Shown piece by piece: positions 12,651 through 26,409 of a stretch of DNA of 64,000 nt. Numbering within the stretch: position 1 is the stretch's first letter; each line of letters opens with the position of its first letter. The notes beneath the pieces are model-generated. The model saw only the letters and a program-made list of their open reading frames with translations. It ran no database searches and was not told where the DNA came from. This DNA is from Octopus vulgaris. Lineage: Eukaryota. The translations under genes were made by a program, and so were the position numbers. Location of the stretch: NCBI GenBank assembly GCA_951406725.2, contig OX597820.1, positions 122,388,001-122,452,000 on the forward strand. Direction: 5' to 3'.

Positions 12651-15600
12651 TATAGAAACAGAGTAACAGAAATGGTAAAGCAAAAGACTTACTATCATGT
12701 GTACTGGCACCAACATTAGCTTCTTCTAAACTCATTACAATAATTGAAAGAAGAGTGAGTCACATTCTCACTGGTTGGGAATCCAGGGACCAAATCCAAT
12801 CCCCTCCAGCCTATGGCTCTGTAACCCTCTACAATGAAAAAAAATCATCCTTTTTTGTTTTTATCATTGATTTTTCATCTTTATTTCATATAAATATAAT
12901 ACAAGTTTTATTTTATGATTATGTTCTGAATTGATACAATTATTATTACTACAAATACTACTAATAATAATAATACTTCAGAATTAGAAGACAGAAAGGA
13001 GGAAAAAGAGACAGGGAAGAACAGTTTGTTGAAATCCAGTGTGTTAAGGGAGCTACAAATGTGTGAGAATGGGATTAGAGTGTTATCCGACAAACTTGAG
13101 CTGAAAGGACAGAGAGGAAACCCTCGCTGGTGGGATGGTCTGTCTCTTGGCCCACGCTTCTCAGAAGACACATTCAGGGAGTCACAGGAAAGACAAAGAG
13201 AACTGTCGTTCTTAGGTAACTTATGCGCACAGCTGTAGAATAGAGCTTCTGCTCTGAAATGAAGAATTAGTCAAAAGTCACCAGTTTCTGCTTAACCCCA
13301 CTGAAAAACAAATGTATACACTTGCATATATATATGTGTGTGTGTAGACATGCATGCATATATGCATATCCCATGCACATAATATTCATGCATTGTAGCT
13401 GCCACCCCAATTTACACCATTAAACCTGCAATGTAGTTGGCCATCCTTTTAATCTCATTGATATCAACTTGTTAGTTTTTATTCTAAAGTCTGCCTCCCT
13501 TATTTTAAGAGGTTGGTTGTAGAGACTGAGCAGTTGGTTGAATCAGGATAGATGTAGTCTATTCCATGCAAAATAAAATAATTAAAATTAGTTCTTAGCC
13601 ACTGGAATCTCCCATATTTTTTTGTTGTTGCTTCCATTACATAATTCTCCCAACCTCATAATTACTGTCATTAGTATATTCATTGTGTTTATTAAAGTAT
13701 CTATTAAAGCCATTAAAACCATTATTTGAATTTCTTTATGAATTCAACTCACCAAATACATTTCGATATACTTGGTGTAAACTTTCTTACCTTCTCTGTT
13801 GTCAGTATTCTTGACACATTTCCACTGTATCCCACCTTATCAATCTGACCTACCATCTTTATATAAAAACAAAAATGAATGTTTGAGAAGTAACCCGCCA
13901 AAATATGGGACAAATAATGTATATGAATGTATCTTATTTACTGCTTTATCATTGAGTGAGAGAGCAGCACATGCCATCAAAGTGACACTGGGGTACTAGT
14001 ATATGAGACTCGATATACCGATCATGGTTACCTGTCTGATAAGTGTACACCAGGCACATGCATCACAAACCTATGTGCATAACATTGAGAACTCATATCA
14101 AGATAAACAACACATGACCTTGCAGGTGAGGGCCCAGTTAGAATTCTCTTCTGGTCGAGTAGCCCACCCCGCTCAAAAGGTCCCTGAATAAGGTTTAAGG
14201 ATGATGAACAAAACACCCATGTTTCCTCAGGTGAGATATCCAAACTCCAAAGAAATTCCTCTCAAACCATGGCTATGATGCTCTCCCACTACTTCTGCTC
14301 GTGATTAGAGATGCACATATCGTCAGCCACTAAGGAATATACTCAACTGGTTAAGGTCAAACAACTGACAAGTAAATCTGTAGTATTGAGCAGAATATTT
14401 ACTGTAACCCATCTTTTAGTATTACTTTTTTTTCTTATTTTATTAGTCTTGTTTACATGCAAAACCCTCACAACTACTCACACACATATGCACACACATT
14501 TTTTTTGTTTTGTCCTGTGCTGTACATAATGTCTTCTTTGTGAAAATAAAGAAGTCATTATTATTATTATTATTATTTTATTATTATTATTATCGACATT
14601 AACAAGTTAGAGAATTTGCAGAAATAGCAGTTTAATGAACAATTTTTTGCAAAGTTAATAAATTGAGAGCCAGCAAAATAAGGTGTCCATATAATTGACT
14701 ATAGCTCCTTCCACTACCAAATTTGTCACCCGGTTCCCCATTCAGTTCTCTCACATAGTATCTTAACTTCAAATCTGGCAGTGACTGCCTTTGGCTGTTA
14801 CCTTTGCTGGGAGACTAAAAGGAGAGCCTCTGTTTATACGAATGAAGTTACAGGTGTCTGTAAATCATTATCGTTATTTCTAAACATTTACTTTCTTTAC
14901 GTTTCAACAAAAAAAAAAGAAAGAAAAAGAAAGAAAGAAAGAAAAAAGATTAGAGAGAGAAAGAAAGTAAGGAAAATAGAATGGGAAGAAATATAGAAAT
15001 GGTTGTCAAAATAAAAATTCTGTCCAATGCTTGTTGGGAATGTTAGCATTGTGATTTCAAATCCTGATAAGTTTAGTCTTGCCGTTCATATGTGCCATCA
15101 ATGAAATGAACTCCATTTACTTTACTAGGGTTTATTCATTCAATGGTAACACTTCCCCAACAATAATTCTAAAACTAAAGGCAAATTAATATATTTTGTT
15201 AATATTGGGGCTATTTACTATTAAAGTATACATTTTTTAGATATCAGTTCTGCAGCAGCCGATATTAAACAAATTTGGATGACAACCTCTGTGGATCAGA
15301 CAAGACTTAGGCAAGGTGTCTATCATTAAAGTGTATGTATGTGTGTGTGTGGGTGCATGCTTGTATGCTTGTGTATGAATCTGTGCAAATGTTTACATTC
15401 TTCATCTCTGCATAAAATTATGTGACCAACTGCAACTGTTGTGTTGTCATGTTGTGTTGCTTGTCAACGAACCATCTTGTAGCTCTGTCTCTTGAAAGAT
15501 GAATGGCATAAAAAGTCCCATGCTTGGAACACAGGTAAGAGTCTGTAGGGGAACATTTGCCAGTAAAATAATGCCTAAATAATGCAAGCACACACACAAA

Positions 15601-17406
15601 CACAGATGCACATCAATATAAATATCTATGTGGGAAGTTCTGTGTGAACGTATACAAATGTGTGTGTGTGTGTGTGTGTATGAGTCTATGTAATTCTCAA
15701 GGGAATACTGTTTCTTTCTCAAAGAAGATCTTGACCTCAATGCAATATCATTGACCTTTTACACTGTCAACTCCATCATCATACCATTGTACATCAACCC
15801 TTTATTTCCTTAGCTGTGTGTCATCATTTGATCAAATATTTCTCACCAGAAGGGCACAAAGAGTATTTCACTAACAACAGCTTGCCAACCAGTCTTGAAA
15901 TAAATAATAAAAAAATTTTTTTTTTAAAAAGTAAAAAAAAAACATACACTTGCCTACTAACTAACTAACTACTGACGTCATGTTGTTGCAATTTCAGTGC
16001 TTACCAAGAAAAGCCAAACTAATTTACTTTTCACTAATGTCATCCATTGTTTTATATGTCAAAAGTTGCTTGCTGAGGCAGTCGTCCTTTTTGTTTTGTG
16101 TTTTATTACTTATAGTAGACGCTACAAGAGAAATAGGGGTAGATTTAGAGATAGGCTACCATTGAATACATGAGACACCAGATCCTTGCTTTGAAAATAA
16201 TAATAATAATGATAATAATAGCTGGAGGTATATAAAATAGGTATGCAGAGAGACAGAGTTGGTGAGTGTGAAACACAAAGATTACCTTAACTCATATCAA
16301 ACTCACTGCCAAAATTTTGGGGGACAATCCCATTTTTTTTATACAACAGTACAGCTTATTGACATTAATTGCTCCCAGAGAAATGTGGATGAATAGAGAT
16401 AGCAAATTGCTAGTCTGATAGACATGCATACATGTGTGTATACATATATGTGCATACATACACTCATATATGTGTATAGATAGATTGACTGACGGATATG
16501 CGCACCATGAGTGTGTAAATAATCAATTTGTGTCTGATTCTGTATGAGGGAGTGACAGAGTTAACAAAAGTCTCAATTCAACCCATATTAAAAGGATTTT
16601 TTTTTGCTGTTTTTCTGGTGCCCATGATATTGCAGCTACAAACAACCACCAACTAACCACTGAATAACCACTGTTGCTGCTGCGACTGTTATTGCTTCTC
16701 ACGCCCTACTCTTTAAAAATATTAACCACAATCCCTTCAACTAACCCTTAACCATTCTTTTTCTGTTCTAGCATTTTCATTGGAAGGCATTAACAAAGGT
16801 ATATAAATATGTGTAACTAATCTGATTGCTGTTGTTGTTGTTGTCATTGTTATTGTCATTTCATTGCATTTCCTTTTGCCCTGTCAGCATCTGTCTGCAC
16901 ACATCGTCACACAAACATGCATAAATATGTTTTGAAACCCCATAGTAAGGGCTAAACCCCAAAGTAAGGGCTAAATTTTCCGAATTATTGGTAGACCCTG
17001 GGCTGGTATTCATCCCTGGTTCCCATGATGTTCTCTACATATACTAGACTTATTCTTTTATCATATATCGCTAAATCATTTCTAGGCGACCTTATATGGA
17101 GATGGAGAAATGAAGTAATTTCTTCTTGGTAACAATTTGGTGCTCATTCTCATAGGCAGCATATTCACAGAATGTGGAGAACACCTTGTCTGGGATTTCA
17201 CTTCAGTGAAATGTTTCAACTGGTGCCAGAGCAAAGTTACAAAGATAACACTCACTTTTACCGGAGTGGTTGGCGTTAGGAAGGGCATCTAGCTGTAGAA
17301 ACTCTGCCAGATTAGACTGGAGCCTGGTGCAGCCCCTGGCTTCCCAGACCTCGATCGAACCGTCCAACCCATGCCAGCATGGAAAACGGACGTTAAATGA
17401 TGATGA

Positions 17407-17479
<73 letters not shown>

Positions 17480-18149
17480 TATATATATGTATGTATGTGT
17501 ATTTTTAAATATTTTTTTCATTCTAGTTTCAGCTCAGATTTGTGGCCATGCTGATGCACCGCCATTTGTACATATATATATATATATATATATATAAGGC
17601 AGAGGGGAGAGAAGGAGGGAGGGAGTTAAAATTGTCTGCCAAGCATTAGATGTTTAATGGACAAGCTTTTGTTGTTCTGCACCAGGCTTCTCCAAACTCC
17701 CTGATATACTGCACACAGAAACCAAATCTGTTGCTCTTGAAAAACCAGTACCTCTGCCCCCCCCCCCTCTTTCCCTCCCCCACACACATGTACAGTAGAT
17801 GCACATTTTCAGTGGATTCCCATCTTTTATGTCTTTGATACTTTTTCCATGAAAAAAAAAAATATGACAAAAATACCAATAAAACATTTCATTGAAAATA
17901 TAATCAAATGATTAATATTAAACAACAACTATACAACAACAACAGCAACCGCAACAACAACTGCCGCCGCCGCATGTTTATTTATTTTGATTATCAACAT
18001 ATTTTTTTTATTTTTTCCTTTTTTGTTTCTTTATTTCCGTAAGCTTTTATTTCCTTTTGTATGTTTATCATGATTTGGTGCATCATTTCAGATATTTGTC
18101 TATTTTATTATTTCAGTGGTGTATCATATATATATTTGTGTATGTATGT

Positions 18150-18665
18150 ATGTATATATGTGTGTATATATGTGTGTATATATGTGTGTATATATGTGTG
18201 TATATATGTGTGTATATGTGTGTGTATATATGTGTGTATATATGTGTGTATATATGTATGTATATATGTGTGTATATATGTGTGTATATATGTGTGTATA
18301 TATGTGTGTATATATGTGTGTATATATGTGTGTATATATGTGTGTATATATGTGTGTATATATGTGTGTATATATGTGTGTATATATGTGTGTATATATG
18401 TGTGTATATATGTGTGTATATATGTGTGTATATATGTGTGTATATATGTGTGTATATATGTGTGTATATATGTGTGTATATATGTGTGTATATATGTGTG
18501 TATATATGTGTGTATATATGTGTGTATATATGTGTGTATATATGTGTGTATATATGTGTGTATATATGTGTGTATATATGTGTGTATATATGTGTGTATA
18601 TATGTGTGTATATATGTGTGTATATATGTGTGTATATATGTGTGTATATATGTGTGTATATATGT
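18150..18665. repeat. Homogeneous 12-bp tandem array (TATATGTGTGTA)n, about 43 copies
   Basis: Directly visible and nearly invariant from about 18260 to 18660. Confidence 0.97.
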
Positions 18666-20239
18666 GTATGTGTGTGTATTTAATGAAACTGTACCTTGTA
18701 TATTTCTATGCTTGATTTTCTTTTGTTCTTCCTTTATCGTGCTTGTTTTGATAGCTTGATGTCTGTGCACACATGCAGTATATGCACTAATAACATGCAT
18801 ATATATTATAGTATAAAATATATGTGCAAATAATTATGTATTTATGTTTGTAATATATATATATATACATATATATACATATATACATTCACAGCCACAC
18901 CCACATTTATCTGTCTTAACTGTCTATTTCTACTTATCTTCTCTCTACATATACTTATGTAAATAACTATAAATCATTTGGCTCCCTTTTTTACTCCGTC
19001 TCGCACTCCCTTTTCTTCTCTTACTCTGCTATCACTGCTTCCCTCTTTTCTTTGTTTCTCACCCTTTCACACACACACACACACACACACTCTCTATCTC
19101 TCTTTTCTGATTCGGTTGCTTATATGTAAGGGTACTTTTAAATGATATTTTTTTTTTCATTTAGAAGATATACCTTTCCAAAGCACAAGATATGTGAATG
19201 CGTACACAACAAACAGATATGAATCCCAAACATATTGAGTAATCGTAAAAGACACAACTCAGTGTTTGTCATAAATTCTTCAGTGAGCTCCTTAATTAAT
19301 ATCTGTTTTACAGCTAATTAGATTGAGCTGACTCTGGAGATTTTAGCATTTTGGCCACACAGCCCTTTCCCAGCCAGCACAGTTATGGCTTCCATATTTG
19401 TGTGTGTGTGTTCGTCTGAAAGCCTATCAGTGTGTCTTTGAATCTTAAGAAACTTATAGCCAAAAATATGAATAGAAATAATGTTTTATGCTGTGAGCAA
19501 GACACAAGTCATATGTTTTAGACACCTGACCTCTGGAGAAAGAAAAAATATGGGAAAAAGCTGTTGTTTACATTGAACATTAATCGTGAAGAACTATTTT
19601 TTACCTTAACAACAACAACAACAATAACAACACACACACACATACACATATATGTATTGTGTCTCTTCTAAGAAGTGAAACAGACTTCTCTTTTTGTTCA
19701 CAGTTTTATTACCAGCATCTCTCTCTCTCTCTCTCTCTCTCTCTTTTCCCTCTCTGTCTATCTATTTATCTGTCTGTCTGTCTCTAACACTACAACTTGC
19801 CCTTTTGTGTGTGTGTGTGTATGAATGTATGAGAATATTTGCCTTCCAACCCTTGCAAATCTATTGCAATTATGATATTTTTTTCAATTCAAGATTTAAA
19901 AGGTTTAATTTGAAATTGTTTATGTATTATTATTGTTGTTGGTTTTTTTTTTTTTGTATGACAAATGTACAAATGATGACTAAAAAGAGCAGAGACACAA
20001 AGTAACAAGCTCTATTTTAGTAAAGAACAATTCACTTCACCCAAAGAAGATGAATTGTTTGAAGAGTGAGAAATAGATGAAATGCAACCTTGTCAGTTAT
20101 AACTTCACACTTTTTCTTTCCTAATTCTCAACATCAGCAGCAACAACTCTGCTTGTCTCAAGGAGTAATTTGTAGTTCAGTAGTTTCTAGATCTGGATTG
20201 TGACAGAAGGATCTATACTTGATTCTCTCTCTCTCTTTA

Positions 20240-20448
20240 CTGTTTTATTCTTTTACTTGTTTCAGTCATTTGACTGTGGCCATGCTGGAGCACCGCCTTT
20301 AGTCGATCAAATCGACTCCGGGATTTATGCTTTGTAAGCCCAGTACTTATTCTATCGGTCTCTTTTGCCGAACCGCTAAGTGACGGGGACGTAAACACAC
20401 CAGCATTGGTTGTCAAGCAATGCTAGGGGGACAAACACAGACACACAA

Positions 20449-20479
<31 letters not shown>

Positions 20480-20701
20480 CATGCCCCAGCATGGCCACAG
20501 CTCATGTGCTGAAACTAGATAAAATAAAATAAAAAATAAATATACGACAGGCTTCTTTCAGTTTCCGTCTACCAAATCCACTCACAAGGCATTGGTCGGC
20601 CCGGGGCTATAGCAGAAGACACTTGCCCAAGATGCCATGCAGTGGGACTGAACCCGGAACCATGTGGTTGGTTAGCAAACTACTTACTACACAGCCACTC
20701 C
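20240..20701 (-). mobile_element. SINE family 2
   Basis: Near-identical to 5980-6424, with an extra short tail-like insert at about 20482-20540. Confidence 0.86.
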
Positions 20702-21654
20702 GGATTAGATCTGCAGTGTAGCTGTAGTGTGAGAGTACATAATGTGGTTGAATCAGTACTCTAGGATGGTACCCTATCAGCTGACATGTAATTATGTCCT
20801 CTGAACCCCCACCCTACCGATCATCTTACCAGGGCCTTATTTTCATCAGTGCAGCAGCTGTGGGCTGGAAGATGCTGAGTGGCCGGTCCTACACCAAATG
20901 GCTGGACGTGATTAAGAAGTATGTTTAGAGGCTTGATGTCACCTTGGAGGATGCAGAGGGGCTGACATGGGAGCACCAGCAATGGGTGGGGGTGTGGGCA
21001 CTGGTGGACCTGATGAGCACTATGCATGGTGACACATCTGGGACCACTAACCTGGAATGACCCCCCAACCCAATTGTACAAAATCATAGAAAGAGAGAGA
21101 GAGTTATCACTGAAACCTATAATAGCCAGTTGGAAATGATAGTGGCTGGTTATGGTTTCTAAATTATTTCCTTGCTATCACTGGGATATGTCACTGAAAT
21201 ACTGATTAAACTGGTTTTCTCCAAATATAATTATTTTAATCGAGATTATTATCATTGCTACTGTTACTTCAAGAGTTCCTTCAAAGTATAAAGTGCCACT
21301 TTCAAAATATTTATATAAAGAGTCCTTTTTGAAAACGTCCAAGTCTAGTGTTTTCTGGCACAAGTCTGCATCTATCTCCTAAAAGTAATCTCTTGCTATT
21401 TCCACAGAAGCAATTGTTTATCATTTAATTTCTATCAGTTACCAATAGAAGGACGAGTTCCTTTCTTATAGTCCTTATTTAACAGATTGGCCAATGTAGT
21501 CCCTTACCTTTTACCTCACTTCCTACATGGTAGCATAACGATTTACTATTATCATAAAGGCAATTATTCAAACACTACTGGTTTGTTGTATATCATGCTG
21601 AAAGTATAAGTTTAAAGTCTATATTATTATTATTATTGTTGTTGTTGTTGTTAA

Positions 21655-21878
21655 GGCAATGAGCTGGCAGAATCGTTAGCATGCTTGACAAAAGGCTTAC
21701 TGGTATTGCATCCATCTTTATGTTCAGAGTTCAAATTCACTTGAGTTTGACTTTGCCTTTCATCCTTTCGGAGGTCAATAAAGTAAGTACCAGCTATGTA
21801 CTGGGGGGGGGGGGTCAATGTATTTGACTATCCCCCTACCCCAAAATTCCAAGCCTTGTGCCTAGAGTAGAAAGGATT
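21655..21878 (+). mobile_element. SINE family 3
   Basis: GAGCTGGCAGAATCGTTAGC...GAGTTCAAATT...TTTGCCTTTCATCCTTTC...AAGTACCAG, flanked by (GTT)n. Confidence 0.72.
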
Positions 21879-22075
21879 GTTGTTGTTGTTGTTGTTATCG
21901 AAAGTCAGAAAAAATTTGTTTGAAGTTAATCTGCAGTTGCCCATTCAGTTTGTATTTTATTCCACTTCCAATTAAGTTTTGCATTCTAATTAAGTTCATC
22001 CAATGTGTTAATCACTGATAAAAATTATTGTTACCATTTTTACATGAATTTATCTATTCCTTCTTACGAAAACAG

Positions 22076-22258
22076 AAGTCTGTCTTTTGGACTGTTTCCA
22101 TGGTTACTGTGAGAATAAAGAGTGTGTTTGTCACAATGGATGGACTGGACCCCTCTGTGACATGTTGGCTTGTGATCCTCGGTGTGATAGTCATGGCTTC
22201 TGCAACAATGGAACTTGCATCTGCAAAACTGGATGGAATGGGAAACATTGTACCTTAG
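22076..22258 (+). CDS. TENM: Teneurin internal exon: EGF repeats 6-7
   Basis: cag acceptor, AG|gtgagt donor, phase 1-1. [37 protein letters not shown]...GWNGKHCTL. Confidence 0.95.
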   Translation, partial: KSVFWTVSMVTVRIKSVFVTMDGLDPSVTCWLVILGVIVMASATMELASAKLDGMGNIVP

Positions 22259-24105
22259 GTGAGTCATATAACCGTGTCCTACCTTTTTTTTTTTTTTTAA
22301 ATTACTGCTTCTAGATTGTATTAAGCTGTTCCTTTGTTGTCTTTATGTATCTCTTGGGGTCAGCCATTCTGTAAATATTCCCATTGAATCAGTAAACCAA
22401 CTACAATCAGAATCCCTTCTGTACCCTCTTTGTGGTTTCATCTGATCCAGGATGCTAGGACATATAGATTATTCTTCAAAAAGAATGTTTCTGGCCAAAC
22501 TTCAAAGTCACTATCAACTATCAACAAAATTCTTCTTTAAGAATAATAAATTTGTACTCTACGAAAGTAAAGTGTAACCCAGAATATTGATGTAAAATTG
22601 TTTTTATAATAACTGAACATAATAAAAACAAGCATATATCTATATACATACATATATATATAAATATTTGAGTTCTGAAGAACTCAAATATGGGTACAAA
22701 CTGTTAAACTTCACAAAAATTGTTTTTTCTCTCTGATTTCCACCCAAAATTCTTTCTAATGTTTCTAATATTTGATAAGATGGATTCATTGGAACTGGTT
22801 GTATTTCATTAAACATTCTCTAAAATATTCATTCATGCCTTTTCCAACTTGTTCTTTTCCTGTCATGCAAGTTGCTCAGCAAACCTCCCTAGTGCTAGTT
22901 CTATGAAAAACCACACAGTCCACACTGCAAAGTGGTTGGCATTAGGAATGGCACGATGCCAAAACTGGCATTGCAGCTCGTTATAGCCCAATACAGCACT
23001 ACTGCAGCTCAGTGAATCTTGTTAAACTGTCCAACCTATGACAGCACAGAAAACAGAAGGTTGCATAATGGTTTATGGGACCGTCTCTTTTTTTTTCCTC
23101 TCTCTCCACCCCCTATTTCATATGGCTTTCTATATCTCATGTAAAGAGAAAATAGGCTTTCTGTTTTTCATGTAAAGAGAAAATAAAGTCGAGTTTAATA
23201 TGTATAAATATAGATAGGTTTAGATATTTGATAGCATGTCTTCACTTTTTTTTTTAATGCTTTAAAAGAAGAGGAACAGTAACTCACAACCCTTCAGTTA
23301 CCATTTCATTCTGCTACTATCTATACATAACCATGATTCTGACTATCCAAATATCTTGTTCTCATTCAACTGCTTCAATTCCTCTTGAACATACATCTCA
23401 CATCCGTTTTAACAAAAAAAAACCCCAATATTTTCAACGCCCAGATATATATATATATATATATATGTATATACACATTCTGTGGGTGTGTATGGATATA
23501 TTTATATCTATATATGCATGATTGTGTACACACCCACATAGTAGATATATTCAACATCTACTATATCGTCAACGGTCATGATGCCATTCTATGATCATGG
23601 GTCTAAATTCTAAAGCTTCTAAATTAGTTGTTTTACTTTTAGAAATAAGAAACAAGGTTTGTTTACATTTAAAAATGCAATTTAGACTTATCACAAGAGA
23701 TGAAAATAAATCTCTTTTATACTTTTACCAAATATCTTGAATTTGAATGCATAAGCCTCTTTTAATCAAGTATCTCAAACGTGGCTATTTCCACTCGTAA
23801 ATCTAAAACCTTGGATACATTGACAGTGCTGTATGCAGGAGTTGCTGGTTCCCTCATTTTTTTACTACATACACGCTCATTGATCAATGATGTTGTGTTT
23901 TTTACCTTTGATTTATAAAGATATCTTATCTGTGAAGTAATGCACAACTTACTCATATATGTCTTTTACTTATACTGAAAATATGTTTTCAACAGCATAC
24001 TGAAAAATCTACCAAATGTCTACTCGTATAGTTTCAGGCTGTATTGAACACCCATAAAATATAAATATCAGAATATATGTATATTGTCTTCATTATATTT
24101 TCTAG

Positions 24106-24252
24106 ATGGATGCCCTGGTGAATGTAATGGAAATGGGGACTGCCAAAAATACCTGGAAGGCTGGAAGTGCAGCTGTAACAAAGGATGGAAAGGAAAAGCT
24201 TGCGACATTGCCATTGAAAGTGCTTGTGAGGATCGTGTGGACAACGATAAAG
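24106..24252 (+). CDS. TENM: Teneurin internal exon: EGF repeat 8 and start of Cys-rich region
   Basis: ttctag acceptor, AG|gtgagc donor, phase 1-1. DGCPGECNGNGDC...CDIAIESACEDRVDNDK. Confidence 0.95.
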
Positions 24253-24347
24253 GTGAGCAAGGATTTCACATTTACGCTTTAGATGTGGATATGTAAATGT
24301 AGTAGATGAGAATATGTGAATAAGAGTGTATAAATATATATAATTCA

Positions 24348-24398
<51 letters not shown>

Positions 24399-24399
24399 A

Positions 24400-24643
24400 T
24401 AATAAATATTAGGGAATAAATCCAAATTTACAGGGAAAAATCAGATTTAGGATTGAATCCAATTTTATAGTAAAATGTTATATAATATTAAATTAGAGAC
24501 AAAACCACTATTTTGCAAATCAAACAAGGAAAGACTTAATCAATACATGAAAAAAATTTTAATATAAAGTAAATAAATAAATAATTTTTTTTATGTATTG
24601 ATTAAGTCTTTCCTTGTTTGTTTGGTTTTGTCTCTAATTAATA

Positions 24644-24648
<5 letters not shown>
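24400..24648. repeat. AT-rich fold-back element in (TA)n; same family at about 1630-1988 and 49320-49562
   Basis: Inverted arms AATTAGAGACAAAACCA...CAAACAAGGAAAGACTTAATCAATACAT. Shared block AATCCTAAATCT...CCCTGTAA(G/A)TTTGGAT. Confidence 0.85.
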
Positions 24649-24690
<42 letters not shown>

Positions 24691-24946
24691 CTCTTGCATG
24701 TGTGGGTGTATCTACATACCCACATACATACACATAGGAAAGTAAGTAAACCTACCACTTTCACTTGCACACACATATGCATATATATATATACAGACAC
24801 ACACACACTTATGTATTCACACATATATAAAAAATATATGTTTATGTACATTGATACGCTTCCATATCCATACTTAAACACATATACACACACATATTAT
24901 GTATGAACAAACACATAGATATCATCAACCTTATTTTCCATGCTTT

Positions 24947-24983
<37 letters not shown>

Positions 24984-25024
24984 CGCATATACATATATAA
25001 ATTTTTTGTGTCATAATTTTGCAG

Positions 25025-25232
25025 ATGGCTTACGCGACTGCCAGGATCCAGATTGCTGTGATAGTAGAGTCTGTAAAGGAGACTCAAACTGCAAAACTTC
25101 ACCAGACCCATTAGATATACTTTTGAGAAAGCAGTCGACCAGTACAACCGCATCATTTTTTGAGAAAATGAAGTTCCTAATAGAGAATAACAGTGTGCAG
25201 ACCTATGCTACCAGACATGCCTTCAATGAAAG
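25025..25232 (+). CDS. TENM: Teneurin internal exon: Cys-rich region
   Basis: tgcag acceptor, AG|gttagc donor, phase 1-2. DGLRDCQDPDCC...SPDPLDILLRKQ...SFFEKMKFLI carries the teneurin DCxDPDCC signature. Confidence 0.95.
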
Positions 25233-25525
25233 GTTAGCACAAAGCAATTCTTCCTTACCTGTGTTTTTTTTTCTTTTCTCTTATTCATGATAAGCATCAT
25301 CATCACCATCATCATTACTACCATCCTCATCATTTCTATCACTAACAGAGCCAAATATTTGTCCCTTTTCTGCTATGAAATTTGAGATATGTATGAGAGC
25401 ATTCTAACTCAGAAATTGAATCTCGATGTTTCGTGCAAAATTTAGTTAAAATAATTTTAATTATTGGTGTTTTCTGTGATGAACAGAAATATTGTGACAC
25501 GGAATGTAGAAGTCTTGGGAATTAA

Positions 25526-26049
25526 CCCTTTTGATACAGCCGAAACCATCTCTAGAGGAGGCACATGGCCTAGTGGTTAGAGCAGTGATCGAGGGATTGT
25601 GGGTTCGAATCTCAGACCGGGCGGTGTGTGTGTTTATGAGCGAAAACACCTAAGCTCCACGTGGCTCCGGCAGAAGGTAATGGCAAACCTCTGCTGACTC
25701 TTTTGCCACAACTTTCTCTCACTCTTTCCTCCTGCATCTTGCAGCTCACATGTGATGGACCAGCGTCCCATCCAGGTGGGGAACTTATATGCCAAGAAAC
25801 CGGGAAACCGGCCCTTATGAGCCAGGCATGGTTCGAGAAGGAACAAACAAAAAAAAAATACAAAACCATCTCTGGCTCTGAGTACAAACGTCATGTTTTC
25901 ATAAGTTTTGAATTAAAATCTTCCACCAAACTTTAGTCACAATTTATGTTCCTTAATGATAACTAAGTTATTTTACTAAATTCTTTGTTATATTTAAAGT
26001 AATTGAAAGAAACACAGAGCATCTCAACAGAAATAGAGTAACAAAAGGG
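25526..26049. mobile_element. piggyBac-type MITE (family B, opposite orientation) carrying a SINE insertion
   Basis: TTAA|CCCTTTTGATAC...GTAACAAAAGGG|TTAA. The body is the reverse complement of 3572-3791. Confidence 0.85.
25554..25862 (+). mobile_element. tRNA-derived SINE: family-1-like head, different 3' tail
   Basis: A/B boxes, shared GAGCGAAAACACCTAAGCTCCACG body, A-rich tail and 11-bp TSD aaaccatctct. Confidence 0.85.
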
Positions 26050-26409
26050 TTAAGTCAGTCAATAACTTTCAGTTTTGACTCAGACTGCATTTCATCTCAT
26101 ATCTGTCAGCAACATTTCTTGGAAAGATCTTCGCATCCTTACATATCGTTTCTCTGTACTGAAATGGTAAAGTAATATCTGGTCCAAAGGAAAAGCAGCA
26201 TGCTTGATATATGGTAAATTTGTATATCCTGTTTATGTTATCAGAAAGAACAGCCAAGATTAGCTCTACCATTCATCCATCCCACGTCACTACTCAAGAA
26301 CTGTTGGAGAAACAGATGATTGCAAAGTGAGTGACCCTGTACCTATGTTCAAAATCATTAAGATAATGATGATGATGATAATATATGAAGGTGTTGAGAG
26401 GGTTCCACA

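Noticed and set aside
17086-17135. Possible cassette exon after ttctag in the 13-kb intron
   Set aside because: The available donors give frame-shifting lengths or stops, and there is no teneurin similarity.
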